Assembly: GCA_965202805.1 (NCBI GenBank)
Contig: OZ241869.1
Location: 2,336,001 to 2,400,000 of the forward strand
Length of the DNA stretch: 64,000 nt
Reading direction: 5' to 3'
Source: Longimicrobiales bacterium
Lineage (GTDB): Bacteria > Gemmatimonadota > Gemmatimonadetes > Longimicrobiales > Gaopeijiaceae
The notes below the pieces were generated by a model. That model was not told the DNA's origin. It saw only the letters and a list, made by a program, of their open reading frames with translations, and made no database searches. Numbering within the stretch: position 1 is the stretch's first letter; each line of letters opens with the position of its first letter. The position numbers and the translations under genes are program-made. Positions 49,401-56,839 of the stretch are shown piece by piece.

Positions 49401-49415
49401 ATCCGGCCGCTATGA
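43401..49415 (+). CDS. 2004-aa nuclease-STAND NTPase, Avs (AVAST)-like antiphage protein
   Basis: N-terminal GYGYQD...VDDFVL...NSIKW (PD-(D/E)xK-like), Walker A GPAGVGKST, Walker B LLIDGLDH, QGNPLIL, long helical C-terminal region; visibly lower GC than the flanks. Confidence 0.8.
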   Translation: MSEPSFQSRRPEAPAMGERRARWGYGYQDKVATERILQFLRKDLRDGVREFEGVRLADLEAGRVDDFVLVWKGSVEGNSIKWSGGATGFMWGDLVGASGLLQDLACGWNRLRSRWTGRTVTVRLHTNRSVSPKKHHAQIISSFSVAEFVEKHWPSGPNAADSEDLREAWRKIAEHVDLAGPELWNFVANCELAFEQTEPPGIGDDSHDWRHYRRQFDSLHKAIATWLTNNPDGELIERDYLLAAIGLRSSRSGLIQRFPEPTIPYEKNHAAADRLKALVDEIPGGYLAITGPAGVGKSTLVQDVLTDSRYPHFVPYYAFLPSTDGNRDRAEALTFFQDVGARLERIHSKSYSLGITDIVQGRDALRRHMLSANQRYVLNGHKTILLIDGLDHAMREVDLQTPMLSELPHPDEIPEGFLIILSSQPQAFLPDVIPAAVATRVAEDGRRLEVLGLSRQEVHTLASKLGKPTRGEERDLLHDASQGNPLILTYLLAAFKRTDDTSVTGAIELAGRYAGQIDQYYHDRLAVSLQDIQTRKLLGLLCRAAPTLPVAWLAEWPEKEAIQDIYQRVLTPFVRVTDGRVSFIHDSLIAFLRSQTRSRLPGSDPVRDEREYHSILADRSYGRSCLDPVGRARVVHLMRANRQADVLEQLSSDWLRSAAHGFLPYAHVRPVLLAGHTAASAMGDWGHTLRLLLLSHELEQRTSRIDADHLADTFLDLRDPLLAFSQIRSDDRLLVPESEALRFAGTLQRYAHEQNLPSLKDKARTLYSQAKPISLIYTGEPIESVNHDEDLEIVRAWSSVAVLFEPPTIVTEEIQRLVLRSERNSHQPGPAMVRADLLLRAFDTALDAGCDSEELQVLVDAIQALGSNTSHFVALLRLAESMPSEVDVDSLQAAYGAARTNRDIDLAYARFLYHQDDRAGATEIIGRLSHIRFRPYEDWHRWGFSDVTYTTQLRWLQEILSVREGAVPGAKDESEEARARLEHTARELGVHLASAAKGQFHGVHRELFRSFLLFHNRPVHFSTLPRQHSIPQASRNEIYEQVVKLARTQGLEGLRALSEVVVELTTGSTAKQFTPYQRRRFAQLFYQEGAMSREQSVSLGLSSTADASDDDPMQRQEACLEIARFLYHVGDRGGSADWKTRASEVSAGAGSHKDYHMAQVADWLTRSIHQANPDHLVILDRFARAVEVAGGSGGPDGAAKLLRLIVRLTPARAWHLAVEYVDRDVLPLSEVLDALIAGGADASAHPELLGGMYGELLSLIAPGDTSETAAIVLRAFPRAQMREVATRVMAHVRTNALPSHRAAVARALQDTIRREGLDPITLTPGLTPGGDDAGGHSHLYRNMTGELETLDQVAERLSDPRKPDTWNPNPKDNANFYWWAAIGKARVADEAHFDSLVERFPPPDYRQIELMARRADILLRSGDRQSAKELIEKALSHSRDGSWHRQLDGAQKMTVFETLKKIDQADGIDRGREQFLNDLSTGQLWPLYLLTDIGEILELLAVDWPSDAVLEAVDDYLIQVLAASPETRPYESLTRSVLPSSTDQALCRFLAELLVCPVVDVGLAARRALAKYLAVHGKGFVTLFTNSPWWNPLQLEHLLATVHLAISLGSPRISALRGVIEDLKHSESLSVRSIAKRICDGQGWIWEDLTTASPRPIILVPSYPDTLREAEMVIGGETAIAWDLHRALIRPLLDRGLDVDELRSEFESVYWALKGEYPWASDRRLQHWVRKLLTSFWLNTNAVIGREAAMRVFGRQSLSGQIPPGAEIAYDSYYPIYDPLVESYRPTERPLEFQAMAWRFMGKDREDWLQGADASEWSHYPNSIQGRSVIGEQTWFVRPEWEWPREERYRGLIANVADEAGEQVLKSTRALTYKTYLNGWGQEDKQLVVLNNEDQLIGTVYRWAAINSNVAKALAWRPSTTVPFQWFDAKGEVMVESTFWKDGWIRIKPPRFESLGEGWVVSASTAAIEAIRRFAPETEIHLWVERHCHGDPANQGKWHLIRPL

Positions 49416-49563
49416 ACCGACTAACTAACACTATAGGAGGTGATATTACTCTTGGTCCTGTGTGGCTTCACGACCCTTGGGCCTCCTCTCGATCTACGAG
49501 ACGAGAGCGTAAGCGGCATTCGTAGAGGAGCGCCGACCTGACACTTCAGACCTCCTTTTCCCT

Positions 49564-52500
49564 TTACGATACTGGCCCCACTCCGTTGCCCTCCACCTCA
49601 ATCTCCTCCAACCCCACCCCCCGCAACACCTCGTTCACCTCCTCCAACTCACCATCCCACACCGACTGCAGCCGCTCCAGGTGGCCCTCCAGCCGCTCCA
49701 CCATGATCTCGAACACGGCGTACATGCCGCTCCCCGGCCGCCCATCCCCGCGCTCCGACATCGACAGCAGGTTCGCCAACCGGTTGTTCACCTTGATCGG
49801 AAAGTTGAGGGGGTCCTGGTTCGACCGGTTGCGCACCTGGTAGATGTCCGCTTCCACCGCCGACGCCGCCTCCCGCAGCCGCTCGCCCGCCTCGGCCAGG
49901 CGCTCGTCGTCCGACGCCTCCAGCCGGTCGTCCAGCTGGGCCTTCACGTTGCGGATGGCGATCACGGCCGAGTTGGCCGCGTGCACCCGGTCGCGGATCT
50001 GTACGCCGAACTCGAACTGGGCGACCAGGTCCTCTTCCGTCACGTCCGTGATCCACGGATGCCGCCGCACGTCCACCTCGGTCGTCTCCACGCGGCCGTC
50101 CACGATCAGGCGCGCCGTGTAGGTTCCCGGCGGGACCGCGGGCGCCATGGTGGCGACGCCCCAGAGGACCATCCCGGGGAAGGACGCCGCGGGATCGGTG
50201 CGGAGATCCCAGCGCAGTCGGTTCAGCCCCGCCGTCATCGGCAGCGCCGGACCCGCCCACCGGTCGCGCTCCTCGCCCTCCACGGCGGCCTCGAAGGTCC
50301 GCACCACATCGCCCGATGCGTCCACGATCTCAAGCATCGCCTCCTCTGGCTCATCCCCAAGCCACCAAGACAACATGACCCCGTTGGCCGAGCGGTACGC
50401 GGCGGCGGGATCGAACAGCACCAGGTCCTGGGCCGTCGTCTCCGGCGTCAGCTGCCGCAGCGGCGCGACGTTGTCGAGGATCCAGAAGCCGCGCCCGTGG
50501 CTCGCCATCGCCAGCTCGTCGTGCTCCGGGATCACGTCGGTGATCGGCATGTCGGGCAGGTCCGGGTTCAGCTCCTGCCATGAGCTGCCGTCGTCGTAGG
50601 AGATGTAGACGCCGTGGTTGGTGCCGGCGTAGAGCAGGCCGGCCCGGTTCGGGTCCTCGCGGATCGAGTTCACGTAGGCGTCGTCGCGGATGCCGTCGAC
50701 GATTCTCGTCCAGGACGCCCCGAAATCATCGGTTTTCCAGATATGGGGCCGGAAATCATCAAGAAGCGCCCGACGCGCCGAGACGTAAGCCCGCCCCGCG
50801 TCGAACGCCGAGGCGTCGATCAGGCTCACGCGCCCGAAATCCGGCATGTCCGGAGGCGTCACGTCGGTCCAGTTCCCGCCCCCGTCACGCGTCACATAGA
50901 CGAGCCCGTCGTCCGAGCCCGTCCAGATCACGTCGATGTCCACCTTGCCGGGCCCGACCGCGAAGATCGTCGCGTACACCTCCGGCCCGTTCATGTCGCC
51001 GGTGATCGGCCCTCCGGAACGGCCCAGCGTCATGGGGTCGGCGCGGGTGAGGTCGGGGCTCAGCGCCTCCCAGTTGGTGCCGCCGTCGGTGGTGCGCCAG
51101 AGCCGGTTCGAGGAGGCGTACAGCACGTTGGGGTCGATGGGCGAGAAGATGATGGGAAAGGTCCATTGCCAGCGCTCGACCATGTCTATGGCTGGCTCCC
51201 CGGAGTAGAACCAGGGGTAGGGGTTGACCTCGCGCGACGTCCCCAGGCGCCGGTTGAACCGGTCGATGTAGCGGCCGTTGTTGGTGCCCGAGAAGAAGAC
51301 GTCGAGGTCCCTGGGGTCGGGCGCGATGTAGCCCGGCTCCCCGCCGCCGGCCCGGTAGAACACGTCCATCGAGCCCGCGGTGATGTCGGGCACCCGTGCG
51401 CCGGAGTCGCCCGCCGTGTCGGCCAGCGCCGATGCGAAGCGCCCCGCGTTCCAGTCCGAGGGCAGGCAGAGCGTGCTGTTGTCCTGCTGCGAGCCGCAGA
51501 TGTGGAACGGGATGTGCGCCGTGGTGACGCCGTGGTAGAACTGGGCCGTCGAGAACTCCTGGTCCGTCCACTCGCTGCCGGTCGTGAAGCTGACCGCCCC
51601 GCCTCCGTCGTTGGCGACCACCACGTGCGCGGGGTCGTCGGGGTCGATCCAGAAGTCGTGGAAGTCGACGTGGGTCCCGTTGTTGATGACCTCGTAGGTG
51701 GCGCCGCCGTCGGTCGAGCGGAAGAACGAGGTGTTCTGCACGTAGACCACGTCCTCGTCGTGGTGGTCGGCGAAGACGTGCGTGTAGTAGAAGGCGCGCT
51801 GGCGGATGCGTCGCTCGTCGTTGATGAGCTCCCAGCTCTCGCCCCCGTCATCGCTCTGGAAGAGCCCCCCGTCGTCGTGCTCGAAGAGGGCGTAGACGCG
51901 GTCCGAATTCGCGCTTGAGACCGCGAGCCCGATCTTGCCTACGACGCCCTCGCGCGGCATCCCCGGATTGCGCGTGATCTCGGTCCACGTCATCCCGCCG
52001 TCGACGCTCTTGAACATGCCGCTGCCCGGCCCGCCGGAGGACATCGTGTACTCCTTGCGGAAGGCCTCCCAGAGCGCCGCGTAGAGCACGTCCGGGTTGT
52101 TGCGGTCGAGCGCGATATCGATGGCGCCGGTGCGCTCGTCGCGGAAGAGGATCCTCTCCCAGCTGTCGCCCCCGTCGGTGCTCCTGAAGACGCCGCGCTC
52201 CTCGCTCGGCACCCCGTACTTCCCGAAGGACGCCACATAGATGATGTCCGGATCGGTCGGGTGGATGCGGATCTTGGAGATGCCGTCCGACTCGGAGAAC
52301 CCGACGTGCTCCCAGGTCGCGCCCGCGTCGCGGCTCCGGTAGACGCCGTCCCCGGGCAGGATGTTGCCGCGAATGCAGGTCTCGCCCGTGCCGATGAAGA
52401 CGAGGTCCGGGTCGGTCTCGGCAACCGCCACCGCGCCCACCGACGCCGAGTTGATCTGGAAGTCGGTGACCGGAAACCAGTTGTCGCCCCCGTCGACCGT

Positions 52501-52752
52501 CTTCCAGAGTCCTCCGCCGGTGGCGCCGAAATAGGCCTCCTGCGGCCGCCCCTTGACCCCGCTCACCGCGATGGAGCGCCCGCCCCGGTCCGGGCCGAGG
52601 TTGCGCCAGGAGTAGCCGGCGAGGAAGGCGGAGTCGAGGGTGACCTGCTGGGCGGCAAGGGATGCGCCGGGGAGCAGAGGGGGCCACGCGGCATGGGCCG
52701 CCGCGAGGAGTGTGATCGCGAGCAAGGCTGGCTTGAAGGGAGAGCGTTTCAC
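49564..52752 (-). CDS. Secreted VPS10/BNR-repeat glycosyl hydrolase-like protein
   Basis: WRNLGPDRGGRS, multiple SxDGGxTW Asp-boxes, DPLNFPIKVNNRL; probable GTG start at 52752. Confidence 0.88.
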   Translation of the reverse strand: MKRSPFKPALLAITLLAAAHAAWPPLLPGASLAAQQVTLDSAFLAGYSWRNLGPDRGGRSIAVSGVKGRPQEAYFGATGGGLWKTVDGGDNWFPVTDFQINSASVGAVAVAETDPDLVFIGTGETCIRGNILPGDGVYRSRDAGATWEHVGFSESDGISKIRIHPTDPDIIYVASFGKYGVPSEERGVFRSTDGGDSWERILFRDERTGAIDIALDRNNPDVLYAALWEAFRKEYTMSSGGPGSGMFKSVDGGMTWTEITRNPGMPREGVVGKIGLAVSSANSDRVYALFEHDDGGLFQSDDGGESWELINDERRIRQRAFYYTHVFADHHDEDVVYVQNTSFFRSTDGGATYEVINNGTHVDFHDFWIDPDDPAHVVVANDGGGAVSFTTGSEWTDQEFSTAQFYHGVTTAHIPFHICGSQQDNSTLCLPSDWNAGRFASALADTAGDSGARVPDITAGSMDVFYRAGGGEPGYIAPDPRDLDVFFSGTNNGRYIDRFNRRLGTSREVNPYPWFYSGEPAIDMVERWQWTFPIIFSPIDPNVLYASSNRLWRTTDGGTNWEALSPDLTRADPMTLGRSGGPITGDMNGPEVYATIFAVGPGKVDIDVIWTGSDDGLVYVTRDGGGNWTDVTPPDMPDFGRVSLIDASAFDAGRAYVSARRALLDDFRPHIWKTDDFGASWTRIVDGIRDDAYVNSIREDPNRAGLLYAGTNHGVYISYDDGSSWQELNPDLPDMPITDVIPEHDELAMASHGRGFWILDNVAPLRQLTPETTAQDLVLFDPAAAYRSANGVMLSWWLGDEPEEAMLEIVDASGDVVRTFEAAVEGEERDRWAGPALPMTAGLNRLRWDLRTDPAASFPGMVLWGVATMAPAVPPGTYTARLIVDGRVETTEVDVRRHPWITDVTEEDLVAQFEFGVQIRDRVHAANSAVIAIRNVKAQLDDRLEASDDERLAEAGERLREAASAVEADIYQVRNRSNQDPLNFPIKVNNRLANLLSMSERGDGRPGSGMYAVFEIMVERLEGHLERLQSVWDGELEEVNEVLRGVGLEEIEVEGNGVGPVS

Positions 52753-52844
52753 TGAGGGCCATCCTGTGGGTTCGAGAGCCTGAATTGGCGGGATCAAGCT
52801 ACCGAAGCGAAGGAGGATGCAACAAGCGGGGAAGGGCGGACCGT

Positions 52845-52940
52845 GTCGACGCCGGTGAGGATCTGCAGACCCTCGCCGACGACTACCGCCTGAGCATCGG
52901 TCAGGTCGAAGACGCCGTGTTCTACGAACGGGCCGCTTGA
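52845..52940 (+). pseudogene. C-terminal remnant of a DUF433-family antitoxin
   Basis: VDAGEDLQTLADDYRLSIGQVEDAVFYERAA* with no in-frame start nearby. Confidence 0.6.
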
Positions 52941-52952
52941 GCGTCGCCGCCC

Positions 52953-52975
52953 CAACCCTGACGTTACGTGAAGGT
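52953..52975. repeat. 23-bp quasi-palindromic element, copy 1
   Basis: CAACCCTGACGTTACGTGAAGGT; 22/23 identical to the reverse complement of 63473-63495. Confidence 0.8.
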
Positions 52976-52993
52976 TTGTCGATCAGGGCAGTT

Positions 52994-55441
52994 CTATCCC
53001 ACCGACCCCAACTCTTCCAGCACCCGCTCCGGCCGCAGCGGCACCTTCCGCATGCGCACCCCCGTCGCATCGTAGATCGCGTTCGCTACCGCGGCGGGCA
53101 CCGGCCTGTGCGACGGCTCCCCCGCCCCGTAAGGCCGCAGGTCCGGGCGGTCGGGGTTCGGGTCGCCGTTCACCATCACGACGTCGATGCGCTCGGGCGT
53201 GTCCATGTGCGTGAGGGTCGGGTGGGTGCGCCAGTCGACGCTGGTGACCTTCTCGCCGTCGAAGCGGACCTCCTCGTAGAGCGTCCGGCTGATCCCGTGC
53301 AGGAGGTTGCCCTGGATGGTGCTCTCAAGGCTGTTCGGGTTGATCACCAGGCCGCAGTCGTGGGCGCACACCATGCGCCGGACCCACACCCGGCCGGTCT
53401 CGCGGTCGACCTCGACTTCCGCGATCACGGCGATCGTGGTGCGGGCGCGATACGCGTACGCGATGCCCCGCCCCGTCAGCACGCGCCCGCTTCCCACCGT
53501 CCCGGGTGACGGGCGCGCGTCCCACCCGTACGCCTCCGCCGCGGCCTCGACCACCGCGATCGAGCGCGCGCGGCGGAAGGCCTCGTCGTCGTCGGTCGCC
53601 CCGCGCAGAAGGCGCAACCGGAACTCGACCGGATCAGCGCCCGCGGCCGCGGCCAGCTCGTCGATGAACGACTCCCCGGCGAAGGTGGTCTGCGGGCCGT
53701 TGGGGTCGCGCAGGTTGCCGGTGCGGAGCGGCGTCTCGAAGGCAAGCGGGAAGCGCACCGCCCGCGTCTCCTGACGCCGGTTCGGGACGTAATACATCTC
53801 GTCGGGGCCGCGCGCGCCGCCCGGAGACGGCCGCTCCGGCCGGAAGCCCATCAACTGTGCGATCAGCACCGTCCGGGCCTGGTTGTACCCGACATGGGCA
53901 TAGTTGGCGATCCGGCCCTGATAGTCCAGCGCGACCACGTTGCCCTCCGCATCCAGCCCTCCCCGCAGGTCGATCGCGAATGCCGGGCCCTTTGTGTCCC
54001 ACGCCGTCTCCTCGTGCCGCATCCACTGCACCCGCACCGGGCGGCCCAGCTCCCTGGCCAGGTACGCGGCCTCGAAGCCCGCATCGTCCGCCGCCGTGCG
54101 CCCGTAAAGCTGCGGACCATCCATCCAGATCACCCGCACCTGCTCCGGGTCCATCCCCAGGAACTCGGCGATCCCGGTCCGGTGGCTGTACGGCTTCATG
54201 TCGTTGGTGTAGATCGTCATCTGGCCGTCCGAGGGGTCGGCCAGGGCGTGCGCGGGACCGATCGCGGTGTGCCCGTGGAAGGGGATGTCATACGCGGCCT
54301 CGACCACGGTCGCGGCGCTCGCCAGCGCCCCGTCGGGATCGCCTTGCGTCCGCGCCGCCCCGCGTCCGCCCGAGCCCGGCACCCGCTCCGCACTCCGCAT
54401 GTAGTCGAAGAGGTCGTCGGATGCCGGGAAGGGGGCCATCGCGGGCTTCTCCCACTCGACCGCGAGCCGTTCCGCGGCCTCGATCGCCTGCTCCTCGCGC
54501 TCGCACACCACGGCGACGTAGTTGCCCTCGCTCACGACCCGGATGAAGCCGGGCACATCGCGCACCGACGACTCGTCGATGCCCGCCAGCGTCGCCCCAG
54601 CGAAGGGCGGGCGCACATGCCGCGCGTGCACCATACCCGGGAGCCTTACGTCGACGGCCCACTCGAGCGACGCATCCACCTTCCCCGGGATGTCGTAGCG
54701 CGGGATCGACTGGCCCACCAGCTTCAGGTCCTGCACCGGCTTGATGCTCGCGACCCCGGTGGTCGCGTTGACGTTGCCTCCGGTCAGCGCGACATCGAAG
54801 CGCCGTCCGCCGATCAGCTGGCCGTAGCCGACGGTGCGCGCGGGATCGTCGCGCAGAGAGATCACGCCCTCACTCACGCTGAGCTCCTCCACGGGCACGC
54901 CGAAGCGCTCCGACGCCATCTCCAGCAGCACGCGCCTGGCCTCCGCCGCGATCCGGCGCCCGACCATCGCATCGCGCTCGATCGCATCCGAGCCCCCCGA
55001 GCCACCCTGGTCCACGGTCATGTCGGTCCGACCCATGACCACCGTGGCCTTGTCGAAGGCCAGGTCGAGCTCGTCGCACATCATCTGCTGGGTGGCGGTC
55101 CCGGTCCCCTGCCCGCCATCGGTCTTGCCCACGTAGAAGGTCGCGCTGCCGTCCTCGTGCACGACCAGCCACGAGTCGAGCTGGAGGGAGTCGGGATCGG
55201 GCCAGGAAGCCGCTTCAGGGGATTCGGCCCCCGCCGGCTCGGGCCCAAAACCCCATCGACCCGCCCCGGCCGACCCCACGCCGCTCAACCCGAAGACGAA
55301 CAGCCCGGACGTCTTGAGAAAGTCCCGCCGGGACGTGGTCCCGCCCCAGCGCACGAGCGCGTCGTCTACCGCCTTGGCCACCTGCCGCCCGGCTCTCATC
55401 GGTCCACGTCCCGTGTGGGGATCTCGCCGCCCGGCGCTCAT
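52994..55441 (-). CDS. Xanthine dehydrogenase-family molybdopterin-binding subunit (IorB-like), Tat-exported
   Basis: SRRDFLK Tat motif, GKTDGGQG, GGSGGS, AHDCGLVINP, GAGEP; start at 55441 or 55399. Confidence 0.9.
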   Translation of the reverse strand: MSAGRRDPHTGRGPMRAGRQVAKAVDDALVRWGGTTSRRDFLKTSGLFVFGLSGVGSAGAGRWGFGPEPAGAESPEAASWPDPDSLQLDSWLVVHEDGSATFYVGKTDGGQGTGTATQQMMCDELDLAFDKATVVMGRTDMTVDQGGSGGSDAIERDAMVGRRIAAEARRVLLEMASERFGVPVEELSVSEGVISLRDDPARTVGYGQLIGGRRFDVALTGGNVNATTGVASIKPVQDLKLVGQSIPRYDIPGKVDASLEWAVDVRLPGMVHARHVRPPFAGATLAGIDESSVRDVPGFIRVVSEGNYVAVVCEREEQAIEAAERLAVEWEKPAMAPFPASDDLFDYMRSAERVPGSGGRGAARTQGDPDGALASAATVVEAAYDIPFHGHTAIGPAHALADPSDGQMTIYTNDMKPYSHRTGIAEFLGMDPEQVRVIWMDGPQLYGRTAADDAGFEAAYLARELGRPVRVQWMRHEETAWDTKGPAFAIDLRGGLDAEGNVVALDYQGRIANYAHVGYNQARTVLIAQLMGFRPERPSPGGARGPDEMYYVPNRRQETRAVRFPLAFETPLRTGNLRDPNGPQTTFAGESFIDELAAAAGADPVEFRLRLLRGATDDDEAFRRARSIAVVEAAAEAYGWDARPSPGTVGSGRVLTGRGIAYAYRARTTIAVIAEVEVDRETGRVWVRRMVCAHDCGLVINPNSLESTIQGNLLHGISRTLYEEVRFDGEKVTSVDWRTHPTLTHMDTPERIDVVMVNGDPNPDRPDLRPYGAGEPSHRPVPAAVANAIYDATGVRMRKVPLRPERVLEELGSVG

Positions 55442-55914
55442 CGGTCCTCCCCTTCGGCCATCGTTTCTGCCGCGCGCTTCACCGCCGACTGGATCCGGTA
55501 GTAGGTCATGCAGCGGCAGAGGACCCGGTTCATGCCCTCCCGGATCTCTTCGTCGCTCGGATTCGGGCTGTAGCTCAGCAGCGCCGCGGCCGTGAGGATC
55601 TGTCCGTTCTGGCAGTACCCGCACTGCGGCACCTGCTCGTCGATCCACGCCTGCTGCACCGGATGGAGTTCGCCGTTCTCGGGCAGCCCCTCCAGCGTCG
55701 TGATCTCTCCCGTCGAACGCGACACCGGCCGGTTGCACGAGCGAATCGCGCGCCCGTCCATGAGCACCGTGCACGTCCCGCATTGCGCCAGGCCGCAGCC
55801 GAAGCGTGGTCCCCGCAATCCGAGATCGTTGCGGAGCACATACAGCAGCGGCGTCGACGGATCGACATCGAGCGTATGCGTCTCCCCGTTTACCCTGAGC
55901 GTGATCTCGCTCAT
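55438..55914 (-). CDS. (2Fe-2S)-binding small subunit (IorA/CoxS-like)
   Basis: FGCGLAQCGTCTV, SC, QCGYCQNG, LCRC. Confidence 0.93.
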   Translation of the reverse strand: MSEITLRVNGETHTLDVDPSTPLLYVLRNDLGLRGPRFGCGLAQCGTCTVLMDGRAIRSCNRPVSRSTGEITTLEGLPENGELHPVQQAWIDEQVPQCGYCQNGQILTAAALLSYSPNPSDEEIREGMNRVLCRCMTYYRIQSAVKRAAETMAEGEDR

Positions 55915-56186
55915 CGATGCATCCCCCTTCGAACGGAACGCCTCATTGCAGCCGCGCAGCGCGCGCACAGAGTGGAAACTGCCGTGCTTTATGCATCTCC
56001 GCCACCTGCCAATCCGCGACACGCCGACTCATCCCATTCCGCCATTCCTCCGCCCGCCGGAATCCAGAGATTTGAGATGGCGCAGGGCGCCGATCGAACT
56101 CGGCACTCGGCCCATCCATCTCCGGGACCGAGAGGAGGCTGGCGCCGAGAGGCTCACGAAGTTGCTGCGGAGGATGGTGCCAGTAC

Positions 56187-56741
56187 ATGTTTGATGCCAT
56201 GGACACGACTGGGCTGGATACGCTCAAGGCGACGAGAACGCTCGAAGCGGCAGGCTTCGAAACGTCCCAGGCCGAGGCCCTTGTGTCCGTGTTTGGCGGA
56301 CCGGTCGCAGGCAATGCCGCAACGAAAGGCGATGTGCGGGAGCTCCGGTCTGAGGTGAAGACGGAGATCAGGGATCTCCGAACGGAACTGAAGACAGAGA
56401 TCTCCCAACTGCGCGATGAGACGAAGGCGGAGATCGCTGACTGCCGAACTGAGTTGAAGGCGGAGATCGCGGATTGCCGAACCGAGTTGAAGGCGGAGAT
56501 CGCGGATTGCCGGGCCGAGATCGCTGGGCTGCGCGATGAAGTCAACGCGAAGTTTGTCAAGCTGCACGATGAACTGAAAGTGGAGTCGGCTGAGCGAAGG
56601 GCAGATATCACAAAGCTCAGTCGGGAAATCGCCGATGTGCGCGAGGACATAAAGAACCTGAAAGCGCAGATGTACCGCTTGCTGCTGGTGCAGGCAACCG
56701 TGATCGTAGCGCTCATCGTAGGATTGCAGCGGCTGCTCTAG
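56187..56741 (+). CDS. DUF1640/CCDC90-like coiled-coil protein with C-terminal TM anchor, paralog 1
   Basis: DTLKATRTLEAAGFETSQAEAL, ATKGD, 11-residue repeats (ELKAEIADCRT), hydrophobic C-terminus. Confidence 0.82.
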   Translation: MFDAMDTTGLDTLKATRTLEAAGFETSQAEALVSVFGGPVAGNAATKGDVRELRSEVKTEIRDLRTELKTEISQLRDETKAEIADCRTELKAEIADCRTELKAEIADCRAEIAGLRDEVNAKFVKLHDELKVESAERRADITKLSREIADVREDIKNLKAQMYRLLLVQATVIVALIVGLQRLL

Positions 56742-56839
56742 TCGCGCTTGAGTGGAGCGTGGAGGTACACCCCCTCGGGGAAGTGATGTCGGGGATCGCA
56801 CCGCTGGAGTAGGGCAGCAGACTGGTCCAAAGAGAAGAG

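Noticed and set aside
33674..49563. Prophage, integron or ICE origin for the island
   Set aside because: No integrase, transposase, tRNA, attC-like repeats or flanking direct repeats were found by eye
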